Assembly (NCBI RefSeq): GCF_009914755.1
Contig: NC_060944.1
Source: the human T2T-CHM13v2.0 reference genome, Homo sapiens
Reading direction: 5' to 3' (one strand)
DNA length: 64,000 nucleotides
Under the pieces are notes generated by a model. That model did no database searches, had not been told where the DNA came from, and saw only the letters and a list, made by a program, of their open reading frames with translations. The translations under genes and the position numbers were made by a program. Below, one piece after another: positions 1 through 13,418 of this stretch (its first letter is position 1; every line of letters begins with the position of its first letter).

Positions 1-245
1 AATACAGGTGAGGGGGGTGGTGCATGCATATTTTCACCTTTCTTGATTTCTGTTCTCTTCATTACAATTCACCCCATAGAGTAGTAACTATCCTGCTTCT
101 CATAAATTCGTTTATAAACCTTAAATGTTATCATGAACTATATTGTATCAATATTAGTTATATACTTATCTAACTCAGTAGAATGTAGACCTCTTAAGAG
201 TAGGTACAAAATCTCATTCATTTTTATGTTCTCCACAAAGCTCAA

Positions 246-1240
246 TGCAGGGGGCCAGCCCCTCCACACCTGTGGGTATTTCTTGTCAGGTGGGATGAGA
301 GACTGAGAAAACAAATAAGACACAGAGACAAAGTATAGAGAAAGAAAAGTGGGCCCAGGGGACCAGCACTCAGCACACGGAGGACCTGCACAGGCACCGG
401 TCTCTGAGTTCCCTCAGTATTTATTAATTACTATTTCCACCATCTCAGCAAGAGGAATGCGGCAGGAGAGCAGGGTGATAGTGGGGAGAAGGTCAGCAAG
501 AAAACACGTGAGCAAAGAAATCTGTGTCACAAATAAGTTTAAGGGAAGGTACTATGCCTGGATGTGCACATAGGCCAGATTTATGCTTTTCTCTACCCAA
601 ACATCTCAGTGGAGTAAAAAATAATAAAGCAGCATTGCTGCCAACGTGTCTCGACTCCCGCCACAGGGCGGTTTTTCTCCTATCTCAGAATTGAACAAAT
701 GTACAATCGGGTTTTATACCGAGACATTCAGTTCCCAGGGGCAGGCAGGAGATAGAGGCCTTCCTCAATCTCAACTGCAAGAGGCTTTCCTCTTTTACTA
801 ATCCTCCTCAGCACAGACCCTTCACAGGTGTCGGGCTGGGGGATGGTCAGGTCTTTCCCATCCCACAAGGCCATACTTCAGACTATCACATGGGGAAAAA
901 CCTTGGACAATACCCAGCTTTCCAGGGCAGAGGTCCCTGCAGCTTTCCACAGTGCATTGTGCCCCTGGTTTATTGAGACTGGAGAATGGCAATGACTTTT
1001 ACCAAGCATACAGCCTGTAAACTTATGTTAACAAGGCATATTCTGCACATCCCTAGATCCCTTAAACCTTGATTCCATACAACACATGTTTCTGTGAGCT
1101 CAAGGTTGGGGCAAAGTTACAGATTAACAGCATCCCAGGGCAAAGCAGTTGTTCAGGGTACAGGTCAAAATGGAGTTTCTTATGTCTTCCCTTTCTACAT
1201 AGACACAGTAACAGTCTGATCGCTCTTTCTTTTCCCTACA
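246..1240 (-). mobile_element. HERV-K(HML-2) solo LTR, LTR5A/LTR5B type (not LTR5_Hs)
   Basis: Minus strand begins TGTAGGGAAAAGAAAGAGCGATCAGACTGTTACTGTGTCT and ends ...CCCCTGCA; 995 bp; CTCAA target-site duplication (TSD) at 241-245 and 1241-1245. Confidence 0.9.
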
Positions 1241-1497
1241 CTCAACACAGTGGCTTGCACATAGTAGGTCCTCATATTTGTTTAATCAAAAGGAATAAAA
1301 TGGTGTGTACATAACAGTTTCTATAATGCTGTTGATGATTTAACAGTTTCTTGGAGAATTTAATTGAGAGCCTTGCATAAAATTAGAGACTTCACATGAC
1401 TCTAGAAAGTATGAATGGGAAATTATCTGGAATTTTTTCCACAAGAATTAACTAGAGAATTGGAGATAGAACCTATCATAGAAAATGGGCCACTTTT

Positions 1498-1959
1498 TGC
1501 TGGTGCATCCAATGTTGATGACATCGAAGGCACCCCTCCTGAGGAAATCTCAACTGCATGACCCCTACTATGCCCCAATTCAGCAGGAAGCAGTTAGAGC
1601 GGTCATTGGCCAACCTCCCCAACAGCACTTGGGTTTTCCTGTTGAGAGGGGGGACTGAGAGACAGGACTAGCTGGATTTCCTAGGCCGACTAAGAATCCC
1701 TAAGCCTAGCTGGGAAGGTGACTGCATCCACCTTTAAGCATGGGGCTTGCAACTTAGCTCACACCCAACCAGTGAGGTAGTAAAGAGAGCTTACTAAAAT
1801 GCTAATTAGGCTAAAACAGGAGGTAAAGAAATAGACAATCATCTATCACCTGAGAGCACAGTGGGAGGGACAATGATCGGCATATAAACCCAGGCATTCG
1901 AGCCAGCAACAGCAACCCCCTTTGGGAGCTCTGTTTTCACTCTATTAAATCTTGCAACT

Positions 1960-1993
<34 letters not shown>

Positions 1994-2007
1994 AAAAAGA
2001 AAAGAAA
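1498..2007 (+). pseudogene. 5'-truncated HERV-W processed retrocopy (env 3' end, PPT, U3-R of LTR17, poly-A)
   Basis: Encodes SNVDDIEGTPPEEISTA*PLLCPNSAGSS*, like the syncytin-1 C-terminus; LTR starts TGAGAGACAGGACTAGCTGG at 1656; ATTAAA 1944-49; A30 at 1962-1991; no U5; 18-bp TSD AGAAAATGGGCCACTTTT at 1480-1497 and 2008-2025. Confidence 0.92.
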
Positions 2008-2684
2008 AGAAAATGGGCCACTTTTAATTCTAATATTATAGCCACTTTCCCAAATTTGTTTTTTACTATGATTAAGATTCCTAATAAAAGAAATTCCCTT
2101 TCAGAATTCTCTTGTTTCAGAAGTAAATTTTCCCAAAACTTTCACACTGCAGAAATATAAAAGTACATTCAAGCCCAAGACTTTTCCTATTTGTTCACTT
2201 TCAGACTTTGATATTCTTCCCCTCTAAGAGAATAAAATAAACTTCTTTTAAGGAAGTACATGTTTATCTACTATTTAATATAGTTTAAAATATTCCTAAG
2301 TGGCAATTGGAAGGTAAGTGGTAGTTCCTTTCCAAATACACTTTAATATGCATATATTACTTTTCCTTACTAATTAAGTATGGCTATAATAATATATTTG
2401 TAACAGTCAATTCCATTACATACTCTCTTGGGACATATTTCTAAAGATCTTGTGAATAAGACTTGTAAACAAAATCATCCTAGACTAGGACATGGAGATT
2501 ATTTGAATGGGTTTACAATTCCTTTGTCCAACATAGTGTTTTGGACCTGAATTTACATCCAAATAGGTCCAAATTTATATGAGCATCCTTGTGATAATTT
2601 TCAAATTTAGTGGCCTTGTTTTTGAATTCCTTGGGCCAAGCCATGAAGTCTTTATGAGTCTCAATTTATTTCAAATTCATATCA

Positions 2685-2865
2685 CCATTGCTGTGTGGCC
2701 TTAGGTAATGTTTTTAGCTTGTGCCTCCGTTTTCTGATGTGTAAAAAATGGAATTGTAATAGTATTTATATCACAGGGTTGCTAAAACTGAAAGAGTTAA
2801 TATATTTAAAGTGCTTACAGCAGCTTCTCAAACATAGTAAACTTTGAGTTGGCAGCATTATTGTT
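2685..2865 (+). mobile_element. MIR SINE fragment
   Basis: ctgtgtggccttagg...gtgcctccgttttctgatgtgtaaaa...cacagggttg...aaagtgctta resembles the MIR core. Confidence 0.7.
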
Positions 2866-4884
2866 TTTTACAATTATTGTTATTACATTTATTTGCTGGC
2901 TTTAAAATCCTAACTACCCCAGGTGGCACAGTGATATGTCATTGAATCATCACCAGATCAAGAAATCTATTGATATGCTAACGCAGGTTAGAGAGGTTCA
3001 GTAACAGGTAACATTCAAAATATTTAACAACAGATGTTGCCCAGCCCCTGACCATCAAGATGAGCATTCTCCAGTACACCATAGGGCGTGCACCAGTTGA
3101 GTATTGAAAAGCAACCAGAGTAAACTATGCCAGCAAGCAGAAACACCTAAGAAATCTCTACCTAGCCCCCATTCCCCAGTGGAGATTTGTTAACTGGGTA
3201 TCTTCGCTTGAATACCAGACATTCCATTGGTGCCTTCCATAGATTTTTCTGCCTGCTTTGTGTTTTATTCTCTTATAGATAAGACCTAGAATGAAAGGTG
3301 CCTAGTCCATATTTTGAAATGCTTTTGTGGGCATCACCTAATAAAAGTAATCATAGATCTTCAAAACCAGCACAATTTTTAGAGTGATTCGCACTCTACT
3401 CTACCAGAATAATTATACCAGAATTGACCTGATTCACTAGGACTAGAGAAACCCAAGATGTATACTTACCCAACCAAAAATGCATGAAGTCTTTTCTGTC
3501 TACAAATTAAAATCATAATATCTCTGACTCATATTTTTAAATGTTTAACTTTGACTCCCAAAAGTGTACTATTTTTAAGAGTATGTATTTTTCTGACCCT
3601 GTCATTTCTTGTTAATTAGTATAAAAAATAATATTTGGAGTAACTCTTTAGAGTATTTCCACAAAAGGTGGTGTGTCTAGCCAATCTGAGTAAACACAAA
3701 ACATTTACTAGTTAAGTGTAGTCTATTTTTCTATAAAATATCATTTAGACTAGCTCAGTGGTTCTCAAACTTTAATGTGCATTGGACTCAAATACACATT
3801 AATATTTGAATTTAAAAATAAATACTGTAATTTAAGAGTTTTTAAAAGTATTTCCAGAGTTAATTTTGAAGGTATGTATTTTTGACACTAAATAGATAGG
3901 ACTGTACTCAGGGCAGGTGGATTCTGACAGCAGCAGGACTCTCATAGCAGGATGAGGAAGGAGGGTGTGTTAACCTAACAGGAGTGGCCTCTGCCCAGGA
4001 GTCTCCACAAGGCCACAGAAAGCCCAAAGATCCATGTGTCACCAACTGATCATTGTAAATAAAGTGGACCTGCTTCTTTAACCCTGTCAAAAAAGACAAA
4101 AACAAAAACTAAACAAAGAGGTGGCTCTACTGAAAAACAGAAATCATGACAATAGTTCATGTAGAATGGCACGTCATTGTATTTTGACTGGGCAAAAATG
4201 CTGGAAAAAGGCACTTCCTTTGAAGTGAATTCAGATCTATAAGCAACACGGTGGGGCTCTTGCTCAGATATTCCCATGTTTAAAATTTTATAGCATCTTT
4301 GATGATATTAATAATTGTTCTTTGATAAATGAGTTCAGCAGTCAAAACATTTTGGAAACTACGAAATTAGGCAAAGTTAAGTGGTTTTTCTGTAATACAG
4401 AACTCAGAGCCTTCAGCATGCTAACATGAATTGAAATGCTCAGGGGAGATGGAAGTATGGGGCGTTTCCCACGTTAATTAACTAAATGTGATTTTGTGAA
4501 ATTTTGTTTGCTTGCTCGCCCCTTTTTTGTTGGTAGAACTTTCTAAAAGTCATACAAAACACAGTTTGGGAAACCATTCCACATCCCATCTGGAAGAACT
4601 CAAGAACGCAGTTTAAAGTTTTGATTTTAAGAAATCATACCCATTGTTATAATACAAAATAGGCAATGGTAAATTACCTTTTAAAAATGGAGTCTGGCCT
4701 TCTTGAATTTATGGTTATGGAGTGGTATCGGAAAAACATTCTCTCAAGTTTCAGAAAGGGATGTAGCCTATCTTAGTTTTTGACAATAGATTTTCACAAG
4801 CAGGAATGTTTTGCTCTGACTCTTTTCTAATGACATTTGTTGTCAGCTATTCTGCCACTGTTCCTAGGAGGATATATTTATCTA

Positions 4885-4886
<2 letters not shown>

Positions 4887-4940
<54 letters not shown>

Positions 4941-4956
4941 GAGAGAGAGAGAGAGA
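4887..4956. repeat. Compound microsatellite (CA)26 AA (GA)8
   Basis: Read directly from the sequence. Confidence 0.97.
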
Positions 4957-5505
4957 AAGAGCACAGGGGAAGATGTCTCAACTGCTGCATTCTTTAATAA
5001 GAAGAAAGGAATAATTGGCTGGCTAGTGGCAAGACTGGAACATTTTTTAATCAAGTAAAAAGACAAGGTTTAAGCATTGATGGCATTTAATGAGAAGATT
5101 GTTTTCCTATTTCATTTTGAAATTAGCCCTGTTATTTTGCACCAGATGTGTCAAATTAGAATGGAAAGGCAAAAATTGATTATTTTCCTCAGGCACAAGG
5201 GGCAATGACACTCACATAAACATATATGTGTACTCAAAACAACATGCAAGCGCATGCATGCACACACACCCTGTTTTGAGAACAAACACAAATATGTGCA
5301 AGGCGATATTTCTCCCAGCCTGACTCATACATAAAGGTCTCATAAAGATCTATGGTTTTCAAAAAGCATGTAAACCCATTACACTGTTTCAATTTACGTA
5401 AATCACCCGTAAATGTTATCTATGCCAACCACACCTATCTTAAACACGGAATGAGGCAGAATCAGTTACTAAATATTCACTGAATTCTATCCTAAACGTG
5501 TTATG

Positions 5506-5851
5506 TGATATGGTTTGGCTATGTCCCCACCCATATCTCATCTTACATTACCACATGTAGTGGGAGGGACCCGGTGGGAGGTAAATGAATCATGGGGGCA
5601 GGTGTTTCCCATGCTGTTCTGGCGATAGTGAGTAAGTCTCACAAGATCTGATGGTATTATATGGGGGAGTTTCCCTGCATAAGCTCTCTCTTTGCCTGCC
5701 ACCATCCATGTAAGATGTCACTTGCTCCTCCTTGCCTTCTGCCATGATTGTGAGGCTTCCCCAGCCATATGGAACTGTAAGTCCATTAAACCTGTTTTTC
5801 TTCCCGGTCTTGAGTATGTCTTTATCAGTAGCATGAAAACAGACTAATACA
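5506..5851 (+). mobile_element. THE1 (THE1A/B-like) MaLR solo LTR
   Basis: TGATATGGTTTGGCT...AGACTAATACA termini; TSD ttatg/taatg (4 of 5). Confidence 0.88.
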
Positions 5852-6460
5852 TAATGAGACAAATATTTCTGTCAACCTCTTCCTCAGGGTGGATGGTTAA
5901 AGCCTTGAGACCACTCCAAGTACCAGGCACTGGGTTTCCCTGAATCTTCCTTCATGGTTTCAGGAAAATCAGAAACCATTTTTTTTTTTTATCAGTACTG
6001 CATCTTTCTGCATCCTGCTTCTGGCTTCCAGCTTCTTGCTTCCTGCAGCTTTCTGCCTACCAGAATCCTAGTGTAGACCACTCTAGACTTGGATATCCAA
6101 CCACTTGATTTATCATCTAATACTGACATATACCAGCATCAGCAGGAGGAAAAGCAGGTAAACACCACCAAGCATCCAGCTCAAGCTTACCCTTTCGCAC
6201 GTACATCTCCCTCTTCTCCACAGTATTGTCCATGGTCAAAGCCCCTCCCAGATTCTTTCCTGGGGGCTTCTCTCAAGTTGGAGCCAACAGAGCACACCAG
6301 ACTTTAGGGGAACACATTAGTTGAAGAGCTGCCCTGTATCTTCCAGAGATGGATGATATTGTTTGTATTTCCCTAATTTTCTCTAATTTTATCCAACCAA
6401 TACTTAGGTTGGGTAACATGCCTGAAGCCACACAAGTTGAAGGCTGAATAATAGATTTGC

Positions 6461-6506
6461 ATCTACCACCATGCCACCCTGAATGCACCTGATCTAGTCT
6501 GATCTC
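6461..6506 (+). pseudogene. 3'-truncated 5S rRNA retrocopy (first ~46 nt)
   Basis: ATCTACCACCATGCCACCCTGAATGCACCTGATCTAGTCTGATCTC versus 5S GTCTACGGCCATACCACCCTGAACGCGCCCGATCTCGTCTGATCTC: 38/46 identical, several mismatches are CpG decay. Confidence 0.8.
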
Positions 6507-6589
6507 AAAAGAATAGTTTTGAGAAGAGACTTTTCGAAAACTCTCCCATTTCTGTGGGGGTTTCTTTTCCTTATGAGTCTGCTCATGAT

Positions 6590-7105
6590 AAACATACACA
6601 ATGGAATATTATTTAGCCATAAAAAAAGAAAGCCTGTCATTCGTGGCAACATGGATAGAACTGGAGAACATGATGTTAAGGGAAATGAGTCAGGAAAAGA
6701 AAGTTAAACACCGCATGTTTTCACTCATAGGCAGAAGCCAAGAAAGGTTGGTCTCATAGAAGTAAAAAGTAGTTCAGGATACTAGAGGCTGGAAAGGGGA
6801 GGGGGAAGTGGCAGGGATAGAAAGAGATGTGTTAAAGGATACAAAATTATAACTAGATCGAAGAAATAAATTCTAGCATTCTATAGCATTATAGGATGAA
6901 TATAGTTAACAATAATATACATTATAGTTTCCAATAGCCAGAAGGAGTATATTGAATGTTCCCAAAACAAAGAAATGATAAATGTTCCAGATGATGGATA
7001 TGCTAATTACCCCAATCTGATCACTCTATATTATACGTATTGAAACATCACCATGTACCCTATGAATATGAACAATTATTTTGTCAATTTAAAAATGAAA
7101 TAAAT
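6590..7105 (+). mobile_element. L1 3' end (L1MA-type)
   Basis: cacaatggaatattatttagccataaaaa ORF2 end followed by L1MA-like 3'UTR (gatggatatgctaattaccc). Confidence 0.82.
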
Positions 7106-7799
7106 TTATTTCATGTAAAAATTTAGCTAAAAAAGGAAACACGCATACACATAAGTTAAGGCTTTTTTGAATCTCAGCTAATTCAGCAAGGAAAAAATGA
7201 GTGATAAATACTTGATTTTGTAAAAACGTTTCTGTTTTCAAGGAAAATAGTATGTTTCAGGTTGTCTGCTGTTTTTAAAGTCAGTGATGCCTAGAACTAA
7301 ATGATAGTATGTTTTGATTTCTGCCTGCTCTGTGTTTTACAGCAGACTCACTCTATAATTTTTATTACATTTTCATTATTTACATCCTTATTCCAAAATC
7401 ATATTTGAAGTCGTTCCCTCAAAACTGACACCTGTTATGAAGCAACAGGGTCTTTACATAAATTAATAAATGAGAATGTCACAATGGAGGTTCAGATAGA
7501 ACCCTGATTCATGAATTTGCTCACTGTTTTTTCTTGTGGCAGAAAACTAATTATATTTTTGATCTTGGAGTTCACACATGCATGTGTTAAACAGATAGCT
7601 GGCTTTAATGAGCCCAAGATTAAGTGTTTATGTTTGAACCCTATATAAATGAGCAAACCTTTATATAAGTCAAAGTTCAGGGTCATATTAATATATTGCA
7701 CTTGAAGATAATTTCATTTCATAAATTGGGTAAAAAGTCTATCACCATTACCAGACAAAGCAAAGTAAACAGATCCCAGCACACTCCTTCTTGAATGCC

Positions 7800-8210
7800 C
7801 ATAATACCCTCAGGTTTCCCTCCAAGTAAAATGCAAATAGCTCACTATAGCCTGTTAGGTGCACCTTTCCATTGCAGACTTTCCCTGTCTCTCCAGTCTC
7901 ATCTCGCACCTCTCCCACTCCTCTCATTGTGCTTCTGCCTCAACACAGCTTTCTCTGGTCATCTTTTTGGTAAAGCCACCTCCACTAAACCTCCATCTCA
8001 GCCTCCTATGTGTTGCTTTATAACACTCACTGCCATCTCTAACTATGTAAATCTTTTTCTGTTGTTGTTTGCATGCTTTCCTCCTATCCATCTCCCACTA
8101 CTATAATTTAGGTTTCATGAGTGGAAAGACAGTATTTATGTTGTCCACCATTTTATCCCTGTGATTAGTACACAGTATGGCCTACAGAGGTACCAATTAA
8201 AATTTATTGA
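7800..8210 (+). mobile_element. L2 3' fragment
   Basis: Pyrimidine-rich body then tttcatgagtggaaagac...tatccctgtgattagtacacagtatggc...tttattga, typical of the L2 3' end. Confidence 0.6.
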
Positions 8211-8381
8211 CATCTCTTATGGCCATCAACAGATATTTATTGGGTCTTAACTTTTTTAAGACATTATGCAATATTAAAAAGAAAATACAGTTCCTGCCTT
8301 TCAAGGAATTTACAATCTAGATGGAAATATGAGATATACAAGCATGTGCTACATAGCTAATATCAGCAACAATAATATCAG

Positions 8382-8560
8382 CAGCTAATATTTATCAAAT
8401 CCTTATTATACATCAGTTTCTATTCTAAGAACTGCACATGTTTTCATGCCTACTGCTCTCATCTATGATATGAATACAATTACCATCCCACTTTACAAAT
8501 GAGGAAAGTGAAGCTCACAGAGCAATAACATAGCTGGCCTGAGGCCACATAACTAGGTTG
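8382..8560 (-). mobile_element. MIR fragment
   Basis: atcccactttacaaatgaggaaagtgaagctcacagag...ggccacataactag is the reverse MIR core. Confidence 0.7.
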
Positions 8561-9226
8561 CAGGGCAGCAAAGAAAGTCAGACAGATCATGGTAAGTGTT
8601 AAAAAAGGATTACATTGAAACATACTAAGGAGCTTAGGGTTGAGGAGCATCTCTGCTTGGGGTTGTCTGTGAAATGTGGGTAGAGAATATGAGATTTGGG
8701 CTGGGATGTGAAGGGTGTGCAAATGGAAGGTATTCTAGTTGGGAAAAAGAGCATCTTTGAAAGATTGGAAGAAGGACATCAGAAGACCTATTTTAGGTAC
8801 AATGAATAAACCCAATTGACTTAAATGATGGATCCATGACCCACTCATTAATTCGTTGCTGACACACAGTCCTGATTATGGAGGACTCTGAATATCAGAC
8901 TAAGAAATTTAGGTCCAATCAACATAAAGCAAAAATTTTCAACCATTGGGTATTGTTCAGGTGTAAGGTGGTTTGGGTAGCTGTTACAAATGTACCATTC
9001 TCTTTCATCCTCCAATTCCTTCTCAGAACATTCTCTAGTTAGGTCTTCTTCCCAGCCATTTCTGTCACCATTTGCAGATGCTTCTCTATAAGCCAAATTA
9101 GATTTCCTAGTTTCTAATGGATGATCCTTTGGCAAGCTATAATTTTCCATCTTCCTAATTCTGCCCTTCAAATAAACACGTATTTAAGTATTTGTATAAA
9201 TCAGGCTAATGCTAAATTATCTAGAA

Positions 9227-9741
9227 CAGCACTGTCCAGTAGAAATAAATGTGAACCACAAATGAGAACTACATATTAGTAGTTTTAAATTTTCAAAAAG
9301 GCACACTAAGAAAAAAAAGGAAAATAATTTTAATTATACATTTTATTTAACCATTATATCCAAATAGAATATTTGCAAAATGTAGTCAACATAAAAATTA
9401 TTGATACATGCATCAGGAAGAATAGCTAATGGATACTGGGCTTAATACCAGGGTAATAGGCTGATCTGTGCAGCAAACCACCATGGCATATGTTTACCTA
9501 TGTAACAAACCTGCACATCCTGCACATGTACCCCAGGACTTATAATAAAAGTTGAAGGAAAAAAAAACTAAAAATAAATTATTGATACAATATTTTACAT
9601 TCTTTGTATGTGTATGAGCTAAGTCTGTGAAACTTGGTGTGTATTTTATACTTACAGCATATGTCATTCGGACTCACCACGTCACAAATACTCACTAGCC
9701 ACATGTGGCTGGCTGGTGGCTAATGGATTGGACAGTGTCTG
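9227..9741. mobile_element. hAT-Charlie MITE (MER33/MER3-like), split by an L1 insertion
   Basis: Inverted termini cagcactgtcca...ttggacagtgtctg; internal tagccacatgtggct motif. Confidence 0.7.
9409..9575 (+). mobile_element. Very short 5'-truncated L1PA 3' end
   Basis: gcagcaaaccaccatggcatatgtttacctatgtaacaaacctgcac, A-rich tail, 14-bp TSD AAATTATTGATACA at 9395-9408 and 9576-9589. Confidence 0.88.
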
Positions 9742-10211
9742 GATTTAGATTGATGAGAATGTGTTGTAGGAATTGTCTATTACTTTTAGTCTTTAAGCTT
9801 TGTTCTTAAGGAGTTCTTGCCTGCAGAGTTTGATGCAATCAGTAATGATATGACCTGAGCCTTTCTTGATTCCACAGATTAGTTTGTTGTTCTTCTTCTT
9901 CTTATGAATGCATGCCAACCAAAGAGTTTCAGATTTTTAACAGTAAGACCCACTAAATCTAATGTGAAGGAGAGATGCTTTGAAAATATCTCTTATATCT
10001 TCACATATTGATGGGGAGCTCCCAGATTCTGTCACTCAGAGAGCTGTGCATCCCTCCTCATCACATGTTAGAGGCTGCTCTCTCTGTAGTGGAAAATCTG
10101 TGGGCAGTCCACGTGAGGATACTTATCCAAAAGTCCTACTTTAAATGAAAGATGTCTTAGACACAAAAACGAAATGCATACAGATAGATACAAATTCAGT
10201 ATATGCTAAGG

Positions 10212-10406
10212 CAATGGCTCTCAAAGAGTGTTCCCTGGAACAGCAGCAGCGGTGTCATCTGGGAACTTGTTAGACATGCAAATTCTCAGTCCCTACCCCA
10301 GACCTTCAGGATCTGAAGCTCTGGGGTTGGGGCCCCACAGTCTGTATGCTAGCAAGCCCTTCCAGAGATCCTACTCCTAATGTACACTAACATTTAAGAG
10401 TGGCTG
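10212..10406. mobile_element. MER5A DNA transposon
   Basis: tctcaaag...ctgggaacttgttagacatgcaaattctcag...ccccagacc. Confidence 0.75.
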
Positions 10407-10559
10407 TAGTAACAAAATAATAAGTTGGAGACAGAGTATAGGAGAGCGGTGAATGTTTTATGTTTGAAAAAGAAAAAAATACTATTCTTACTCTTCAAAA
10501 AAGATTTACCGTAGAATCTGCTGATGTGGCCAGCCTTCAGAGTGCAATTAAAATTCACT

Positions 10560-10900
10560 TTCACATGCAAAAATATGAATGAATTTCACAAACGTAATGT
10601 TGTGCAAAAGCAAGAAGACACAGAAAAGGACAGGTTATGTGTCATTCAATTTACGTCAAGTCCCCAAACAGGCACAACTTATAGATGCTTTTGAGAGTTA
10701 GAGTGGTGATGATTAGAGTGAGGGTAGTGGCTGGAAAGGAGGATAATGGGTAGAAAGGAGGAAAATGGTAGACATGTTCTACTGCTTGAGCTGGTCCTGG
10801 TTATGCAGGAGTATTCATTTTGTGATAATTCATCAAGCTGCACACTTAAGAATTTTGTACTTTAGGTATGTTTATATTCAACATACAGTTAAGAATTTGA
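10560..10900 (+). mobile_element. Old L1 (L1ME-like) 3' fragment
   Basis: atgaatgaatttcacaaacgtaatgttg...aattcatcaagctgcacacttaag. Confidence 0.6.
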
Positions 10901-12244
10901 ATTTTTTACAAAAATTATGAATGCAACTTTTGGGAAATTTTTTAGTAATGTGAAAAACATGCACTTTAATTTGGCAGTCTCACAGTTGTTTCTCCTAAAT
11001 AACAAATAGAGGTTTACCTTTAAAGTGACCCACTTCATACGTCTCTAGGTTGGAGCATAAACATACATAACCTTGATGCTCTCTCATGACCTCTGTTTAA
11101 TTAAGATCCTTCCCTCCCTCTTGGTCCCTGCTCAATGCCATCCTCTCCTGTTCTCAGCTGACTTTGGACTAATCTTTAGCAACTAGTTATTAAGTCATTA
11201 CTCCAAATGTCACAAGTGGGATCCTTCCAAGGAGCTCTGCATTTTAAAAAGTCTCAAAAGGCATTCTGCCCAAAGAAGGAAGTCTCCTCTGGGAAGTGTG
11301 AGGGGTCAGGGCGGGTACTTAGGAACAGATGGCCTTATCTGGCCCCCTTATATCTCCCAACACGGTGGCCATCAGCTTCACCTACCAACGAGGCTGGCCT
11401 GATCTGATTGCATGAGTTTTCCTCTCCAGTGATGTAGGGAGCAGTGGGGTGGTGTGGGTGTGCCAAGAGGCAGGGGATGTGCTGCTGGCCTAAAGAGATG
11501 TGGTGTTCCACACAGAAGGACTAACCCAAAGTTTTTGCTGGTTCTATTTGCAATGGTGCTTTATCAGATAAGGACCACAAAATAAGAGGTTATCACAAAT
11601 ATGTTTGAGGATTATTCAGTCCTTAGATTATAGACTCTTAGGGAAAGCTACTTCTTATTCTTTTCATCAATATGAGAACATCAGAGACTTACAGTTAATG
11701 AAATACTCTCATTACTTTTTGGAAAATTTATCAATATATTTCTCTATTATACACAGAACTGATATTCCGCCAGTACACTCTAATCCTGCTGCAAGCATTT
11801 TTAAAATACTGAAACATTTACATAGTGTCCGGCAAACAAAGATTAATGCCTCTCCTTTCAAGTGACCCTTCCCACCACCTCCCTGCCATCCTAGGACACC
11901 AGCAGGGCTCCACGGCCTTGCCCCACAGCTGTGGACATGTGCATTCTGATTAGCCAACACCCTACCAGTTATTAAGTGTTTTGAATATCGCTTTGGATTC
12001 CCTCATGACTACTTTATCCGTGCTATACAAACACTGACAATGTGGTGTATTTTAAGGATCAAATGAAAATGTGATGCCAGAGAACTGAAATGGAGAAAGA
12101 GAACCTTGGACTTGGGTAAAATCCCATTTCCAAATCTATTCTGAGGCTTTCTTCTGATGTGCAGCAGGTATACTAATTTGAATGGCTGACATTCAAAGGG
12201 AAATAAACCATCCAAGTATCCATGTGCACAAATGCATATGTCAG

Positions 12245-12614
12245 TGCTGTGGACTTCGTGTTTGTCCCCTCCACCCCCAACAAATTCATATGTTGAAGCC
12301 CTAACCTCCAACGTGATGGTATTTGGGGATAGGACCTTTGGGGAAGTAATTGAGGCTAGATGAGGTTATGAGGGTTGGTCCCCACGATAGAATTAGTGTC
12401 CTTATAAAAAGCAGGCACACACACTGAGGAAAGGCTATGCAGGAACGTGACCAGAAGGCGGCCATCTGCAAGCTGGCAAGAGAGCCTTCGCTGGAAAATG
12501 AACTGGCCAGCACCTTGATCTTAGATTTCCAACCTCCAGAACTGTGAGGAATAAATGTTGGTTAAGCCACCCAGTCTATGGTATTTTGTTGTGTCAGGCC
12601 AAGCTGACAATATA
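12245..12614 (+). mobile_element. MLT1A-type MaLR solo LTR
   Basis: aaattcatatgttgaagccctaacc...caccttgatcttagatttccaacctccagaactgtgag...aataaatg...ccacccagtctatggtattttg. Confidence 0.8.
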
Positions 12615-13098
12615 GTCATTGCGTTAGGAAAATCTATTATAATAATTTCTAGAACTCATAGTTAAGCCTACTCTAATAAAATAATAGCAGATTAAAACAA
12701 AATCCTTCTATAATTGAAAATAACACTTTTAATTTAATCTTAAGTATTCTTCTTAAGGTTCTTGTAAGTTTTTTACAGCATTTTGTTTTAACACGTTTTT
12801 CTCAGTTTATGAGGCAAAACATTGTTCACATTATACAAATACCTCTGTACACCCTATTTCCTGTAATACCAGATGTCCCCTGATTTTTTTCTACCATCAG
12901 GGTGATATTTGAAAATGAAATTTACTGAACCTGTTTTACTTTGTATGACCAGGCTGTTTCGTCTTTAATTTTCTGTAAGTTAATTGGCATAATGCCTTTC
13001 AGCCCATGTATAAGTTTCGTGAGTACTGTACAGTTTGAAATGACTAAAAAGGTGAGTGGTTTTTACAAATGGATCTAGAATAATGCCAAACTTCTTAA

Positions 13099-13418
<320 letters not shown>

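Noticed and set aside
1508-1597. Syncytin-1 (ERVW-1) gene
   Set aside because: Only ~30 C-terminal codons with an internal TGA; a paralogous retrocopy, not the gene.
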